Translations under genes and position numbers: made by a program
Notes under the pieces: model-generated
The model's input: the letters and a program-made list of their open reading frames with translations, nothing else
Databases searched by the model: none
What the model was told of the DNA's origin: nothing
Shown here: one piece after another, positions 34,433-46,345 of the stretch
How the letters are laid out: the number at the start of each line of letters is the position of its first letter
Position numbering within the stretch: position 1 is the stretch's first letter
DNA from: Blastocladiella emersonii ATCC 22665
Taxonomy: Eukaryota > Fungi > Blastocladiomycota
DNA: 64,000 nucleotides
Assembly: GCA_025594325.1 (NCBI GenBank)
Contig: JANHCV010000012.1
Location: 992,001-1,056,000 of the forward strand
Direction: 5' to 3'

Positions 34433-36087
34433 ATGGTCAGTGATGCACTCCTCAATGAATCAACCCCGCCGCCGCCCTGCCGCGCGCGCGCACACCGATG
34501 AACGCTGGTGACTGACGATCCCGCCCGCTCTTTCGAATCCCCCCGCCCGCCGTGTATGAACTGGTGGCCACGCTCACCCATCCGCGCCCCCTCGCTGCTT
34601 CCGCCCCGTGCGCGCGTCTCCAAAAACCATGCCAATGACCCTCCTCACGCTCCGCTGTGTGGTGTGCACCTTCGACGTGCGCTCGCTGATCTGGTCGCTC
34701 TGCGCGATGTGCCTGCCGTGTCCCGCTGTTTGGACGGATGTCGCGTGATTCGCGCTCCTTGTGGCTGTCCTGTCCCTGCAGGCTCCTAAGGGCAAGAAGA
34801 TCGCCGCCGCTCCCTTCAAGGCCGGCGCCAAGGCCGCCGCCGCGACCAAGGACGCTCGCATTGAGAAGACCCCCCGCAACTTCTCGATCGGTACGCCTCC
34901 GTGCATCTCTCTCCCCTTTTTCTTCGTGTCCCGGTGACTCGGGTGCGGGAACTGGGGCGGGGTCGCTGGACGGTCGAAAGTCGATGAGTGCAGCTTTCCG
35001 TCGCGCCATTTCAAGCGGGCGGCCGCTCCGGCGGCTGCTCGTGGCCGACGTAGGCATGGTTTTTGTGATGGCAGGCGGCTCTCGTACCGTCCCTTGCGGG
35101 CGGTGCGTGTACCGTCGCGCCAGTTGACGCCGGGTGGCGAGGTGGCGGCGCTCGAGCCCGTCCTCCGTTTGCGTGCTGCCGCTGCTCGTAAATGATCCGC
35201 GCGCTCGCACCCGCCGGTCGGCCCGTGTGTCCGCCACCTCGTTCCCCGCCATCCGGCGTCGCATCTCGTTTGACCTGCCTTTTGAACTGCTGCACTTTCG
35301 ACTCTCGACTCTGTCCACCACCCCGCCCGGTTCTCGCACTCGCACCGTGTCGCCCTCAACCGCCCGCCCTCCCGAACCGTCGTGCTCACCGCCCGACCCC
35401 CGCTCAGGCAACGACATCCAGCCCAAGCGCGACCTGACCCGCTTCGTCCGCTGGCCCGAGTACGTCCGCCTCCAGCGCCAGCGCGCCATCCTCAAGCGCC
35501 GCCTCAAGGTCCCCCCGGCCATCAACCAGTTCTCGCGCGTCGCCGACAAGAACGTCGCCACCCAGCTGTTCCGCCTCCTGAACAAGATCCGCCCCGAGAC
35601 CAAGCAGGAGAAGAAGGCCCGTCTTTCGGCCGCCGCTGAGGCCAAGGCCGCTGGCAAGACCGTCGAGGCTGGCAAGAAGCCCGTCATCGTCAAGTACGGT
35701 ATCAACCACGTGACGGCCCTCATCGAGGCCAAGAAGGCCAAGCTCGTCGTCATCGCCCACGACGTCGACCCCATCGAGCTCGTCGTCTTCCTCCCGGCCC
35801 TGTGCCGCAAGATGGGCGTGCCCTACGTCATCGTCAAGGGCAAGGCCCGCCTCGGGACGGTCGTCCACAAGAAGACGGCCACCGCCCTCGCCATTGTTGA
35901 CGTCAAGGAGGCCGACAAGAACGAGCTCGCTGCCCTCGTCACGGTCGCCAAGGCCAACTTCAACGACAAGTCGGACGAGATCCGCAAGACCTGGGGCGGC
36001 GGTATCATGGGCAAGAAGTCCAACGACAAGACCCTCAAGCGCGAGAAGGCCCGCGCCAAGGAGGTCTCGACCGCTCACCTCGCCTAA
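34433..36087 (+). CDS. RPL7A: 60S ribosomal protein eL8 (L7a / yeast L8)
   Basis: Exon 1 is the ATG only (34433-35), intron 34436-34781, exon 34782-34890, intron 34891-35407, exon 35408-36087. Contains [23 protein letters not shown] and [25 protein letters not shown]. Confidence 0.95.
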
Positions 36088-36410
36088 GCGTGTGTGCTGC
36101 TGTTGTCGTCGCTCATCGCTTCGCGACCGGGTCCGGGTGTGGTGTGTTCACTCAATACATTGCTCCTTGACTCTCCAAAGCACTCTTGTACAGTTTTCTC
36201 TAGATACACAATGTTTTAGTCCCCACTTTTTCTCGCTGCCTACTTCGCCCCGGTGGCTCGGGCTCACTTCTTTCGTCGGCTTGGCGGCTCGCTTGCACAG
36301 CCGCACAGCTTGCGGGTCGATGCTGAGCTCGGGCCTCGTCCATCTCTTCTCTCTCGCAGGCCACGAACGTCTCCATGTAACTCGACCCTCGGCTCGCCAG
36401 CGTCTCCATC

Positions 36411-37104
36411 ATGTCCAACTTCCACCGCCCACGCATCTGCACGCACACGGCTTCGGCCGCAGCGGCAGCGGCACCGTACCACGCTAACCTGCGTTATGAG
36501 CCCATGGCGGCGTACAAACTGACGCTCGCTCGTTCGCACTTCGAGGCGACAATGGAAGACTACGAGCCGTACCACGCTCGCGCGCACTATGAAAGACTAC
36601 GAGCCGTACTACGCTCGCGCGCACTATGAGCCCGCGATGGCCAACGAGCCGCCCCTCGCTCGCTTGCGCTTCGTGTCCGCGATGGCATACGAGCCGCACC
36701 ACGCTCACACTCACTACGAGCTCACGCTGGCCATCCACCCACACATCGCTCACTCGCACTTTGGGACCTGTCCAGATGCAGCTGCGCTGTTCATGGCCTT
36801 GCAGCACCACTTGCGCACTTGTCGCGGGTGCTACGGCCACGCGGAAATGGTGTTCCGCGGCACTGCGGCCATGGCCATGGCCACGGTCATGAGCGTGCGA
36901 TGGCCGGCGCGGTCCGCGGCAACGCGCGTCCCCGCTGCTCCGCAGCGGAAGAAACAGCAGCAGTGGCGCGAGAAGACTTACGACCCGAACCTGCCGTTCG
37001 CATGCGTACCGCAATGTCCGTTGCGGTCCGCGAGCTGGCGAGGCCTCCGTATTCACCAGGCATCCTGCAAGCGCTCTCGCCTTCACTTTGGCAAGCCGTT
37101 CTGA
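36411..37104 (+). pseudogene. YEP-repeat ORF with C-terminal C2HC zinc finger, frameshifted by a 37-bp tandem duplication
   Basis: The duplicated unit starts at 36556 and 36593. Removing one unit fuses ORFs 36411-36629 and 36589-37104. The C-terminus reads CVPQCPLRSASWRGLRIHQASC. Confidence 0.45.
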
Positions 37105-37360
37105 TCAAATGGGCGGCGCTTCAGCCGTGTTCCTGGGTCAACTGCGTCACGGTGTCGCCATCAAGCGGGTCCTGTGTGATGGATGGTGCGAGTAGACTCT
37201 CTTGACTGGACCGCGCGTAATTCGCCGGTAAGAGTGAGGCAAGAACGCGAAGGCGAGCGTGAGGAAGCGCGTTGCGCCACAGCGTGACGGCCAACGCTGG
37301 CAGGAGGTGAAAGTGTGGCGGCCCGCCGAAACGCTTTCTCGCTCCTCGCCCACGAAGCTC

Positions 37361-38491
37361 ATGGAACCAATGATGGAAACCAGCTCAAACGACTTGATGC
37401 AACCCGTCCCAATCGAGCAGCTCAGCTTGGACGACGAGCCAGCGGCACCGCCGTCGCCGTCGACGCTCGGGCCCGCCCCGATCCGCGAGCGCCCGCTGCG
37501 GCTCCTGGACCTCCCGCAAGATGTTCTCTCTGCGATCTTTCATACTGTCATCGAAACCGCGGGACCCCGGACTTTCACCTCGTTGATGTTCTCCCACTCT
37601 TCACTGTTCCGCTTGGCCCAATTCGACCCGGCCGTGTATTTGCCGCGCTTACATCTTGTCGTCTCGCCGCCTTATGATCGCTTACAAGCATTCAAGAAGC
37701 GCGGAGTGGTATTACCCAACAGCCTTCTATTCCTACTCGTATCATTGCACAGGTCGACCCACCAAGGCGCGTCCGCGCGTTCCTGCCCGCCGATCCAAGT
37801 GCTTCTCACGCTCCTGCCACGCCCTGCTCGTTGCACATGGACGGATGACGACCTCTTACCAATGATGTCTACCTTTCAAACCGCAGCCCAAAATGTCTTC
37901 AAGGTAATTGAGCCAAACCCCGTCACGCTTGATTTCTCACTCCTTGAAAACAGCCTTTTGGTTCGTTTCGTGCTGTTACACCTGCTGGATGGAGACCCCT
38001 TGGAGCCTACTGCTCCGGATCTTCGTATTATTCACCGGGCCCCAGAGTTCTCGAGTGGAAACGGGTTCGACTGGCCTACTGGGCGCAAATACTCGACGCC
38101 GTTTGTAACCGTGTGTTCCAGCTGCGAACAGCGAGCCGTACTTGGTGATCGACCACGCTGGCTGTGCTTGGCCTGTTCCCCTGATGCCCGCCAAAAACTA
38201 CCCGTTGGGGGTAGCGACTCACCTCCTCCGCCGCCAACTCGGACGTGCTGGACTTGCCGCAAGCTCACGACGGACTGTTCACCACTCTCCGACGTCTGCC
38301 AGCGCGAGGGCCATGTCTCGCCCAAATCGTTTCGGGTAGACCTCTGACCCGCTTGCGCACCTCGCATCCATCGAATCGGCTGCGACTGGTGCTTCTACGC
38401 AAACGGCGGCGATCCGGTGTGGCTCCCCCCACTCGATGCTCCCGCTGATCTCGGGTTGACCCCCGGCGAGGTCAATGCTGCTCAAGAATAG
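37361..38491 (+). pseudogene. F-box-like plus CxxC-rich protein, left outer palindrome copy (in-frame TGA at 38345)
   Basis: LRLLDLPQDVLSAIFHTV resembles an F-box. CSSC, CLAC, CWTC, *PAC and CDWC follow. It is colinear, at 376 codons, with the copy at 52424-53554. Confidence 0.7.
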
Positions 38492-39045
38492 CTCAAGAAC
38501 GGCGTGCCGGGTACGAGAGTCGCTGAGGCCTCACGCCAAAATCGACTCGTTCCGTGAAGCTTGATCGACTTCGCAATACATTTTGTTTCTGTGCCGCTCC
38601 CTCTGTGATACGCGCAGCCGATCTACTCACCTGAACTCCGGGTGATGATTCGTCGTCCGTCCGTTGACTTGACGCGTTGCGCCACGCACGTGTGCATGGT
38701 CAACGCGCTCTTCAGCTCGCTTCGGCCGACCCACGGCGGGGCAACCCCAGTCGAAGAACAGCTGTTGTACCAAGAACTAATGCTTGGCTCGGACGTTCCG
38801 TCACGACGTGACGCAACGCGTCCGCATACTTCGCCACCCCCTTGCCACGCGGGAAACAGAACGGGAAAGTAGAAGTTCAGAAGATAGCTCCGCCACGATT
38901 GAATTCTCATCAAACACGCTGTATTGAGCCCTCGAAATACGCTGCGGCTTGACTATCCCCTTAACGTACGACGACCGCTTGAGTGAAAAACGCTGCACTT
39001 TTAATCTCAAGGGGCACTCAGCGAGCAGCTGTAGTGGCATCAACT

Positions 39046-40786
39046 TAATGATCTGCGGCAAGTGAAGCGACGGGCCACATTGAACCCCCGCCGTTCGCGT
39101 AGAAGCACCATTCTCAGCCGATTCGGCGAATTTGAGGAGCGCACGAAGAGCAAAGGTCAACACGGAAGGATGCGGGCGATGTATGACCTTCGCGTTGGCA
39201 AACTTCAGCGAGCGGGACGATGCCCGTGGGCAGCCTGCAGTAGATCCAGCACATCCGTGGTGGGTTGCTGCCATCGTTCGCGCGGCAGACTAACCTTGAT
39301 GTGCTTCGAGCGAGTATGCCAAACAACGCCACAAGTGCTTCTCGCTGCGTTCCCTCTATCGCAACGTGGTGGCAACAGCACGCCCGCTCAGAGGCGGACC
39401 AAGTGTGACTGACTGGCACGCGAAGGCCCCGTTGGCCGCTCCGCTCTTCGGACGGCTACTCGACGTGCCGCTGCGGCTCGACCACGCGAACCACATTCGA
39501 TCGCTCGCTCTCGCAGTCTGGATTTCATGGACATGCCCTGTCAGTTGCTGGACAACTGCGATGGGAAGATTCGCATCAGCTGGCGCGAGTGGCCAGTGCT
39601 CGCCCTCGACTATTATGCGGCGAATCGTCACGCCCTTAAGTGACGAGCAGGGCAAGACGGCGGCGAGGTTCACTGGGCGCGAGGCCGACTCGTCCAACAG
39701 CGGCTCAAAGACACACGATATGTCAAGCCCGCCCGCCCGCGCATCCACGAAGCGGATCAGGTGTCGCAGCACGTCGTACTCGACCAGCGGGGTGTGAGCG
39801 GCGGCAGACGGGTGCTCGCGCGGAGACGAAGACGGAGCCTCGTGCCAGATCCGTCGTCCGTCTCAGCGAGCGCATCGCAGCTGTCGTGTTCGCGAAGTGC
39901 GCGGCGGGCGGGTCAAGTACCGGCCAGAAGAATCAGCGAGAATTCCCAATCCGTGAACTCTTAGAGGACGTCAAAGAGAGCCCACACGCGTGACGCAGTT
40001 GGCTCGGTCACCAAGCGCTTCCCCCTCGTCGTACGTAACACGCCAAAAGATTGGAGAAGCTTAGCGGTCCGCTTCACGTCACGAGCAGACCGTTGGTTTC
40101 TGAACCTCACGGGCTTCGGTTGAAGACGTGTGAGAAGTTCGAGTGGCGCGTCGAGCGAGTGAGGCACACGCAATTCTGGGCGCAAACACCGCTACTAGCA
40201 CCTAGCTGTGCGCTCAACAGCAGCGCGCTCGCAGTTACGTTCAAATGCGCCCATCGGACCCAAGTGAGTTGGAAGCGCAACCAGGCCGTGACCTTGGCGC
40301 GGCCGCGTGCGCGCGCATCCGCGAGTCCGGGAGCAGCATAAACAACGACGCAAACGTGGCCTCGAGGTCGCCGGCGTGCGTACAGGAGAGGAGACGCGGC
40401 AGCGAAACCCGGCGAGCGAGCGGTGCAGCGGGAAGGTGCCCACGGAAAGTTGGATCGCGGCGACAAGGAGATCGGACCAAGTTGCGCCGCGAGCAATCAA
40501 GGGCGGCGCGAAGAGGGAGGGGTACAGACGAGAGCGGCGAGAGCAGCTGACGGATCGAACGCAGGGCGCCCGTGAAGCGTAGATCGATGTACCAGACGAG
40601 GAGCATCTGCAGGTGAGGCACGAGGCTCGTAGCAACAGGTTGCGGCCAACGCCTGGGAGCAGCCGGCGTCGTCGACGGCGAGCGTCCGTCGCAGCAGAGC
40701 GGTCATGCGCGAGGTGCGACGACGCAGCGGAGCGGCAGCTCGAGCGCCGTGTTCATAGGGTGGTATTCATATTGCATAAGCTTCAT
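39046..40786 (-). pseudogene. Decayed distant paralog of the F-box-like/CxxC gene (left inner copy)
   Basis: Mirror of 50132-51872. The C-terminus CWIYCRLPTGIVPLAEVCQREGHTSPASFRVDLCSSCAPQIRRIG*EWCFYANGG aligns with the outer copies. The 5' extent is uncertain. Confidence 0.55.
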
Positions 40787-43014
40787 GGGTAGATTGCAGC
40801 GGCTGGAGGTCCCAATCAGAGCTAGCGTCCCAGTCAGAGCTAGCGAGAGAGAGAGCGCGAGAGTCGCCGAGGGGAGGGCGCGCTGGAGGAACTCGCGCTC
40901 GTGCAACCAACCCCGCGCCCCGGACCACAGAGCGCCCCGTCAGCGCCGTGATGCACTCGCTCGTGTGTGTTGGAGAGCAGCCGCTCGTTGAACAAGGCCG
41001 GTCGTGAACGGGATCGGCACTCGCGAACGCTGCAGGGGGCGTCGCGGGCTTCGCGACGTCACCACCGTGGCGAAGCCATGCGATTGGCCTTGCTGAAAGG
41101 ACGGGCGTGCATCAACATGAGCCCCGGGCTGCCCTACGCGTCCTCAGTTGACCAAGATCGTGGTGATCGAGCCGGTCCCGAGCTTGAGGCGAGGCTCGCG
41201 GCGGAGCTCGAAGGGCGACCGGCTTGGTCGTCAAGAGCACTATCAAGCAGGTCCCGACGAGAGTCCGGCGAGGCCCGTGAGGGAGCTTCACCAAGTCGAG
41301 CAAGACCCGTTGACGGTCAAGGTCCGCAAGCGAGGGTGGTGGAGACGACCGGGACGCGCGATCACGTCGAGGCCGGCGGCCGGGCCAGCCAACGGGGACG
41401 GCTCGTTTGCAAGCCGCCGCGATGTGGCGCATCGCGTGGGCCGGCAACGGCAGGCGGGCCGTGTGCGCGAACACGGCGCGTTCCCATGGGAGCGGAAGCG
41501 CGAATTGCGAGGCGCGCGGCGCGAGGAGGCGTGCGAGGGGCGACTGCGTGGTGGGAACGCGGCCCCCCGAACCCCGAACAACGGCACGGGCAACACACCC
41601 CAAGGCCCGAGCGGTAGCGACCGATGCGGTTTGCGGCGCCGCTCGTCCGTCCACTCTCTCTGTCCTCTGAGGTCCCCGATCCGAGAAGCCATGGAGCAAA
41701 GTGTGAGAGTCGACTCGTGGACGTGCGTGCGCGCTACCCCGACGTCGGAAGCTTCGGCAGACGCGTTGCACGGGATGGGCCGACGATGGAGGAGGAAGGG
41801 CGGATGGATCGAGCGGCTGTGGCATGGAGAAGGAAGATTGGTCGAGAAGCGCCGGACCGGGCAAGGTCAAGTCCCGAGGCCGATCCGCTGTACGCGCGCC
41901 GGGGAGCGGTTTCCTCCGTGTCCGAGGTCGCGTCCTGCAACAAGCGGATTGGGCTTGGATGCCCTTGGGCCAAAGAGCCGGAGGACCTGCTCGAGGTGCC
42001 CCAGCACACGGACGGCCAGCTCCGGAGCGCGGTGAACGGTCGGGTTCGATGCCGAGCGCCTGCCGCGCGAACCGAGGTCGCGTCCAGGTCGGCCGACGTG
42101 GGCGACCCCGGTGCACGCAGTCGCAGGACCAGTAGCGCATACATGATTGCTTCATACGAGACGATTGCAGCGTCGCGCGTGGAGTACGTGTCGTGGGAGG
42201 CAATCTTGAGTGGAACTGGCGGTACGTCCTGCCAAACTTGATGGTGTGACGCGCCAGCCCCGTCCCTGCCGCTACGCCTCGATCGTGGCCGGGTGCCTCG
42301 GCGCGCTACCGCGGGCATGGGCCCGAGAAGGCGTCATGGTCACGGGGGATCAGGCACATGAGAATTGTCTCTCAAGTGGCGCGGCGAGGGCGGCAGCCGG
42401 AGGGAGACGGTGGCGCGACGCGTCGCGGGCAAGCTTGTTCACCGCCGACGCGTCGTGCTCCCGCTCTCTCTCTCCGCGATATTGCAACGCTATCCCGATC
42501 CTCCTCCGATCCGACCTCTCCGACTCTTCGCATCCACAAGGTCCACTACCGGGCAGTACTACCAGACACCGCTCGGCGCGGTGACGGACACGCAGGTACA
42601 TGCGCGGCTGGGTCGTGACGGTCGTGCACTCACGGTACGCGTCCGGATCCGTGTAGATTCGCGTAGCACACGACGCAAGGGCTTCTGCAAGACGATCGGT
42701 GCGCGGTCAAGAGCTACTCGGGCGCATCAAGGTCGAGAGACGCACAAGCGGTGACAACGTCGCGCGTCCAGCTGCTGCTCATCGGGGCTGTAAGCAACGA
42801 CTGCAAGATCGAGGAGATCAACAAGTCCAAGCTCTAGACGCCCGCCCGCCCGCGTTCCCGCGTTCCCGCGCGTCGTCGTCCAGCTGCTGCTCGCCAAGGC
42901 CAAGACCATGACCGAGGAGCTCGAGGAGTTCAAGCTCGTGGTGGTCGTGTCGTTGTCGTGCTGCGCGTGGTCGTGGTCAAGCGCAACGTGTTCCTCCCCG
43001 TTCCTCGCGTCCCT

Positions 43015-43700
43015 CGACTCGACGTGCTCGCGTTCCTCGACTCGACTCGACTCGACTCGAATCGAATCGACGTGTTCCCGTTCCTCGAGTCCCTTGACGT
43101 GCTTCCGTTCCAACAAGATGATCCTCGACTACGGGACTACGACCGGTACTCGCTCGCTCCCGCCTGCCCACCCGCGCCCTTGTCTCTCGACTCTCCGGCG
43201 CGCGTCCATCACCAACCACAGCACGCAGCAGCAGCAGCACATCGACCTCGACTCGACCGACCTCTTCTCCTTCCTCGTCGACCTGACCAGCCAAATGCAG
43301 GTCGCGGGTCGCACACGCGCGCGCGCGTCGGTCGTCGGTCAACTCGGTCGTCGGTCGGGTCGCGCGGGTCGCAGGCCGCCGCCGCATTCGCCATGGAACG
43401 TGTGCGCTCTCGCCTCGCTGCTGCTGCAGCACGTGTCTTCTTCTTCTTCGAGCTCGACGAGTGGTGCTGACCCGAAAACTCCTCCCTACCCCCGCGCCCG
43501 ACGACGTGTACGCTCTCCCTCGCACTACAGCCTGCTCCGCCTGCTCCGCCTGCTCCGCCTGCTACGGTACTCGGGTCCTCGACTCGATCCTCGACGTGTT
43601 CCTGTTCCTCGACGCCTCGACGCCTCGACTCCCCAACGTGTTTCTCGCTCGGCCACGATCCTCGACGCCTCGACGACGTGTTTCTCGCTCGACACCACGA
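43015..43700. repeat. TCGA-rich low-complexity block: (CTCGA)n, 9-bp CCTGCTCCG tandem, ~40-bp tandem unit (mirrored at ~47,220-47,900)
   Basis: Read directly from the sequence. Confidence 0.8.
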
Positions 43701-45413
43701 TGACACGCACGACTGCTCGCTCCCGCGATCGTCCGTCATCTCCCTCATCCACGGGTACGCGTCGCGTCGTGCGTGCTCCGCGCAGTGGGCTCACCACCAC
43801 CCTCACCTCGCGTAGTCCATCCGTTCGTCCCACGGGCGGCTCTTCTCTGTCTTCCATCGGTGCTGTGCCGCGCGTTCTGCCGCGCGTCCGGAGCACTTCC
43901 ACATCACCTCCCTTCACCCTTACGTCCATCCACTTATCACCCCGCCTCACTTCATGCAATGGATCATACCTGTCGCCTGGATGTATTTACCAAGTCACAC
44001 AAGCTGATGCCACGCACGGCTTCGTGCTCCCTTCAAAGGTGCCGTCCATTCCGCGCCGCATTAAGAGCCGGCACCGCTTGAGCTTCCGGAGAGCAGCGAG
44101 TATGACGTGACAGTGAACCGTGAGCATCTTCTCTATACACAGCGTGAGCGATACGTTTGAGCCAAGGAACAGCACGGACACGATGTCAGCTCTGTTGGAC
44201 TTGGGCGTGCGGCAAGACTCCTCCGGGAATGCTTTCACACTAATGCCTGTTCTCCAGTAACTCACAGCAGTTACATGTTCATTATCAAGGACTGTTGCTT
44301 GCGCGTGTCTTTCTTGGCTGTACCCGTGCTTGAAGACGTAGATTACGAGGCGGATGCGCGAGATCATAACCCCCTTGACACGCGTCAGGACCTTGAGGCA
44401 GGGCGGTCGCCAGGGTCACTGACTGTTGCAAGCGAGATCACAGGCAGCTTGCCTCGATCGGTCGAGTCCTTGCGCGTTTTGCAGACAGTGCAGTCTAAAC
44501 GTGAATTTCGGGGGGGGGGGGGTGCTCAGAGTCGCGAGGCATGATTGAGGGCGCGGGCGCGTACCACCACCGCTCAAAGCGATTCTCGTACTGCGACCCG
44601 ATGCGGCGTCTGCGCTTGGCGGACATGATTTCACCGTTAGCCTCGTCATTGTCACCCAGTCCTATACAGCCGGCACGTCAAAAGTCAACCGGCTCGGGCG
44701 TCACGCAATCGTTGGCTTTGGAAACTGCGATCAGCTTGCTTAGCAACGTATTAACGCCGTCGCGGGGATTGTTCATAGTATCCTGGAGGCCACGCTACCC
44801 GCAAGCGAATTCTGAAATGGCCGACATTCAGCATATCTTGCCGGTTTGCTCCAATGCGCCTCTCACGCCTGAGATGAAAATTGCTCAACTTTACCGCGAC
44901 ATGATTCTTGCCGCTCTCCTGTGGCCCAATGAATAGTTTCCGTACTACACTAACATCATCATTGACGTGGACCAGATCAACGCGAGGCGTGATGCTGGGA
45001 ATGGATTTGAGCGACATGTTCATCAATAACACCGACTGAGGTGAGCGAGTGTGCGGCCAGCTCACACGATCGAGAGTACGCGGCTCGCCCTCGCGACGCG
45101 CCACTCATGTGCTGTGGCGCAATCTGAAACGCGGTCCGATCACTGACTTGATCATTGTCGTGTAGCGCGCTTTGAGTCGGTCGGCGTGTTCCGAAACCCG
45201 AATGACAAGGACTAGGTCGTCGCGCAGTACCTACAATTATACTTGATCCACCTAGACGCTTCGCGTTTGGTTTTCAATCGAGGGCTAAAGCATGCGCCAC
45301 GTTGGGCGCTTGTGCCGTGCAGGCGCGCTTCCGCTCGAGCCGTGAGTAGGCGCCCGTTGAACGAGTCTTTTACATCACTCATACTGCAGTACTCGACGGA
45401 GGGTTCGGAGATC

Positions 45414-45523
45414 GGCGCGTCGCAGCACGGCGCGTCGCAGCACAACGGTCGCAGCTCAACGCGTCGCATCACAGCGCGCCGCAGCACAGACCGCCGCAGC
45501 ACAGCGCGCCGCAGCACGGCGCG
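45414..45523. repeat. Degenerate 15-bp tandem array (consensus RGCGCGYCGCAGCAC) x ~7
   Basis: Units start at 45414, 45429, 45444, 45458, 45473, 45488 and 45503. Confidence 0.85.
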
Positions 45524-45559
45524 ATGCGCGCGCATCAATGGAGGCCGGTGCGGCTAGTC

Positions 45560-46345
45560 GCTCGCGTTGGGTGACGACAATTGTAGTGCCTTGCAAGGCA
45601 CCGACAAGAGTCACCGGCGCGACATCAACAATTGCGTTGCAGCGCGGGCACCAAGCACGCTCTCGCACGGCGCTCGAGGAGATGGCCGTCGCAGCGCAGG
45701 GCGCGGCTCCAGGAGCCTGCAAAGGTGGCTGTACATCCGCTTCAACCATGCAGCGAGCGGCGCATCCACGACGGAGGCCACGATGTGCTTGATACGGTTT
45801 GAGCCGCTGAGCTGCTCTGTGAGCGAGCGAGCTGGACATGCCAGCGCGGAGGCTGACGCCGATCTCGTCTGGCGACTACGGTCAGAACTGGTGCCAGTGG
45901 GCGCGGGTCGGTAGCTGGCCGGCGAGCAAGGGAAGCTGGAAGCTCATGAGCGACAGAGAGTGCGCCTCGGGTCTGTGTTGAATTCGCAGCCGCGCCGAGA
46001 CACCGTTTAGGGCGTGCCCTGGTCCGCGCGGATGGCGGCCGCGACTCCCAGCGGTAAGTGCGCGGCGGCGCCCTGAATGGCGAGCGCGTCGGCCTCCTTT
46101 TTGGCCGAGTTCGCAGCGTGGCCGCGAACCCACTCGAAGCTGACCTGGAGCTCGCGAGCCGCGATGATCCAGCAGAGCACGGCCCACTCGAGCGAACATA
46201 TTGCGCGGACCCACACCCTTGGAGAAGGCAAGAGCATCTTGACGGCCGAGTCGACAACTCTCTTGTTGTCGAGCGTGAGGGTGCGCTTGACACCGCGGCG
46301 ATACGCCGCATCGGGTCGCAGTACGAGAATCGCTTTGAGCGGTGG
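45560..46345 (-). mobile_element. Retroelement relic: RNase H C-terminal half and a downstream CPRC motif
   Basis: LKAILVL...TLTLDNKRVVD...LQVSFEWVRGHAANSAKKEADALAIQG matches the RNase H WVxGH...EEADxLA signature. WCPRC lies downstream. No RT domain was seen. Confidence 0.65.

Larger units (their letters stand above)
39037..44609 (+). repeat. Left inner arm of a large inverted repeat (5,573 bp)
   Basis: Reverse complement of 46303-51881. All ORFs mirror with coordinate sum 90,918 (90,912 inside the homopolymer). The only difference seen is G13 (44510-44522) versus C19 (46390-46408). Confidence 0.95.

Noticed and set aside
42908-44110. 400-aa ORF and its mirror at 46808-48010 as real genes
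   Set aside because: Low-complexity S/R/T composition arising from TCGA repeats, no domain, and stop-poor GC-rich sequence in several frames.
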